A stretch of 31,845 bases of DNA from a virus (Duplodnaviria; Caudoviricetes), in the IMG/VR virus record IMGVR_UViG_3300020045_002087, positions 1-31,845 of that record. The stretch is one strand, 5' to 3'. Below are positions 31,845 to 31,845 of this stretch, in pieces (position 1 is the stretch's first letter; each line of letters opens with the position of its first letter). The notes beneath the pieces are model-generated. The model was given only the letters and a program-made list of their open reading frames with translations. It searched no databases and was not told the DNA's origin. Position numbers and translations under genes: made by a program.

Positions 31845-31845
31845 C

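Noticed and set aside
1-31845. CRISPR array, tRNA genes, integrase/transposase, introns or inteins
   Set aside because: The repeats are dispersed regulatory cassettes rather than repeat-spacer arrays. No cloverleaf or mobile-element motifs were recognised by eye, and terL, thyX and the ligase appear uninterrupted.

Overview
A 31.8-kb segment of a tailed dsDNA bacteriophage genome with all genes on the minus strand. Two small-protein families weakly suggest a betaproteobacterial host. In the direction of transcription (right to left) it carries: a putative terminase small subunit (truncated), terminase large subunit and PIG-L/LmbE deacetylase; about 18 kb of small early/accessory genes including dCMP deaminase, a radical SAM protein, a SWIM-finger protein and two Cys-His-Asp paralogs; a nucleotide-metabolism block (ATP-dependent DNA ligase, two MazG-like proteins, ThyX, dNMP kinase); and a five-gene module with a PPDK-like dikinase lacking the pyruvate-binding barrel, a CsrA-like/Zn-finger protein, two CX5R phosphatases and an unknown protein. 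The main unexplained structure is a layered regulatory code. There are ten related sigma70-like promoters, all with a 16-bp spacer. Nine of them are followed by a Shine-Dalgarno held in an ANGGAG-hexaloop hairpin (CsrA/RsmA-site geometry), and the phage encodes its own CsrA-like protein. There are also 13 copies of a 14-bp palindrome (TGCAATTAATTGCA-like) at promoters and inside genes. All family calls come from motif recognition by eye; no searches were run. Several starts were moved from the ORF track to the SD-supported codon.
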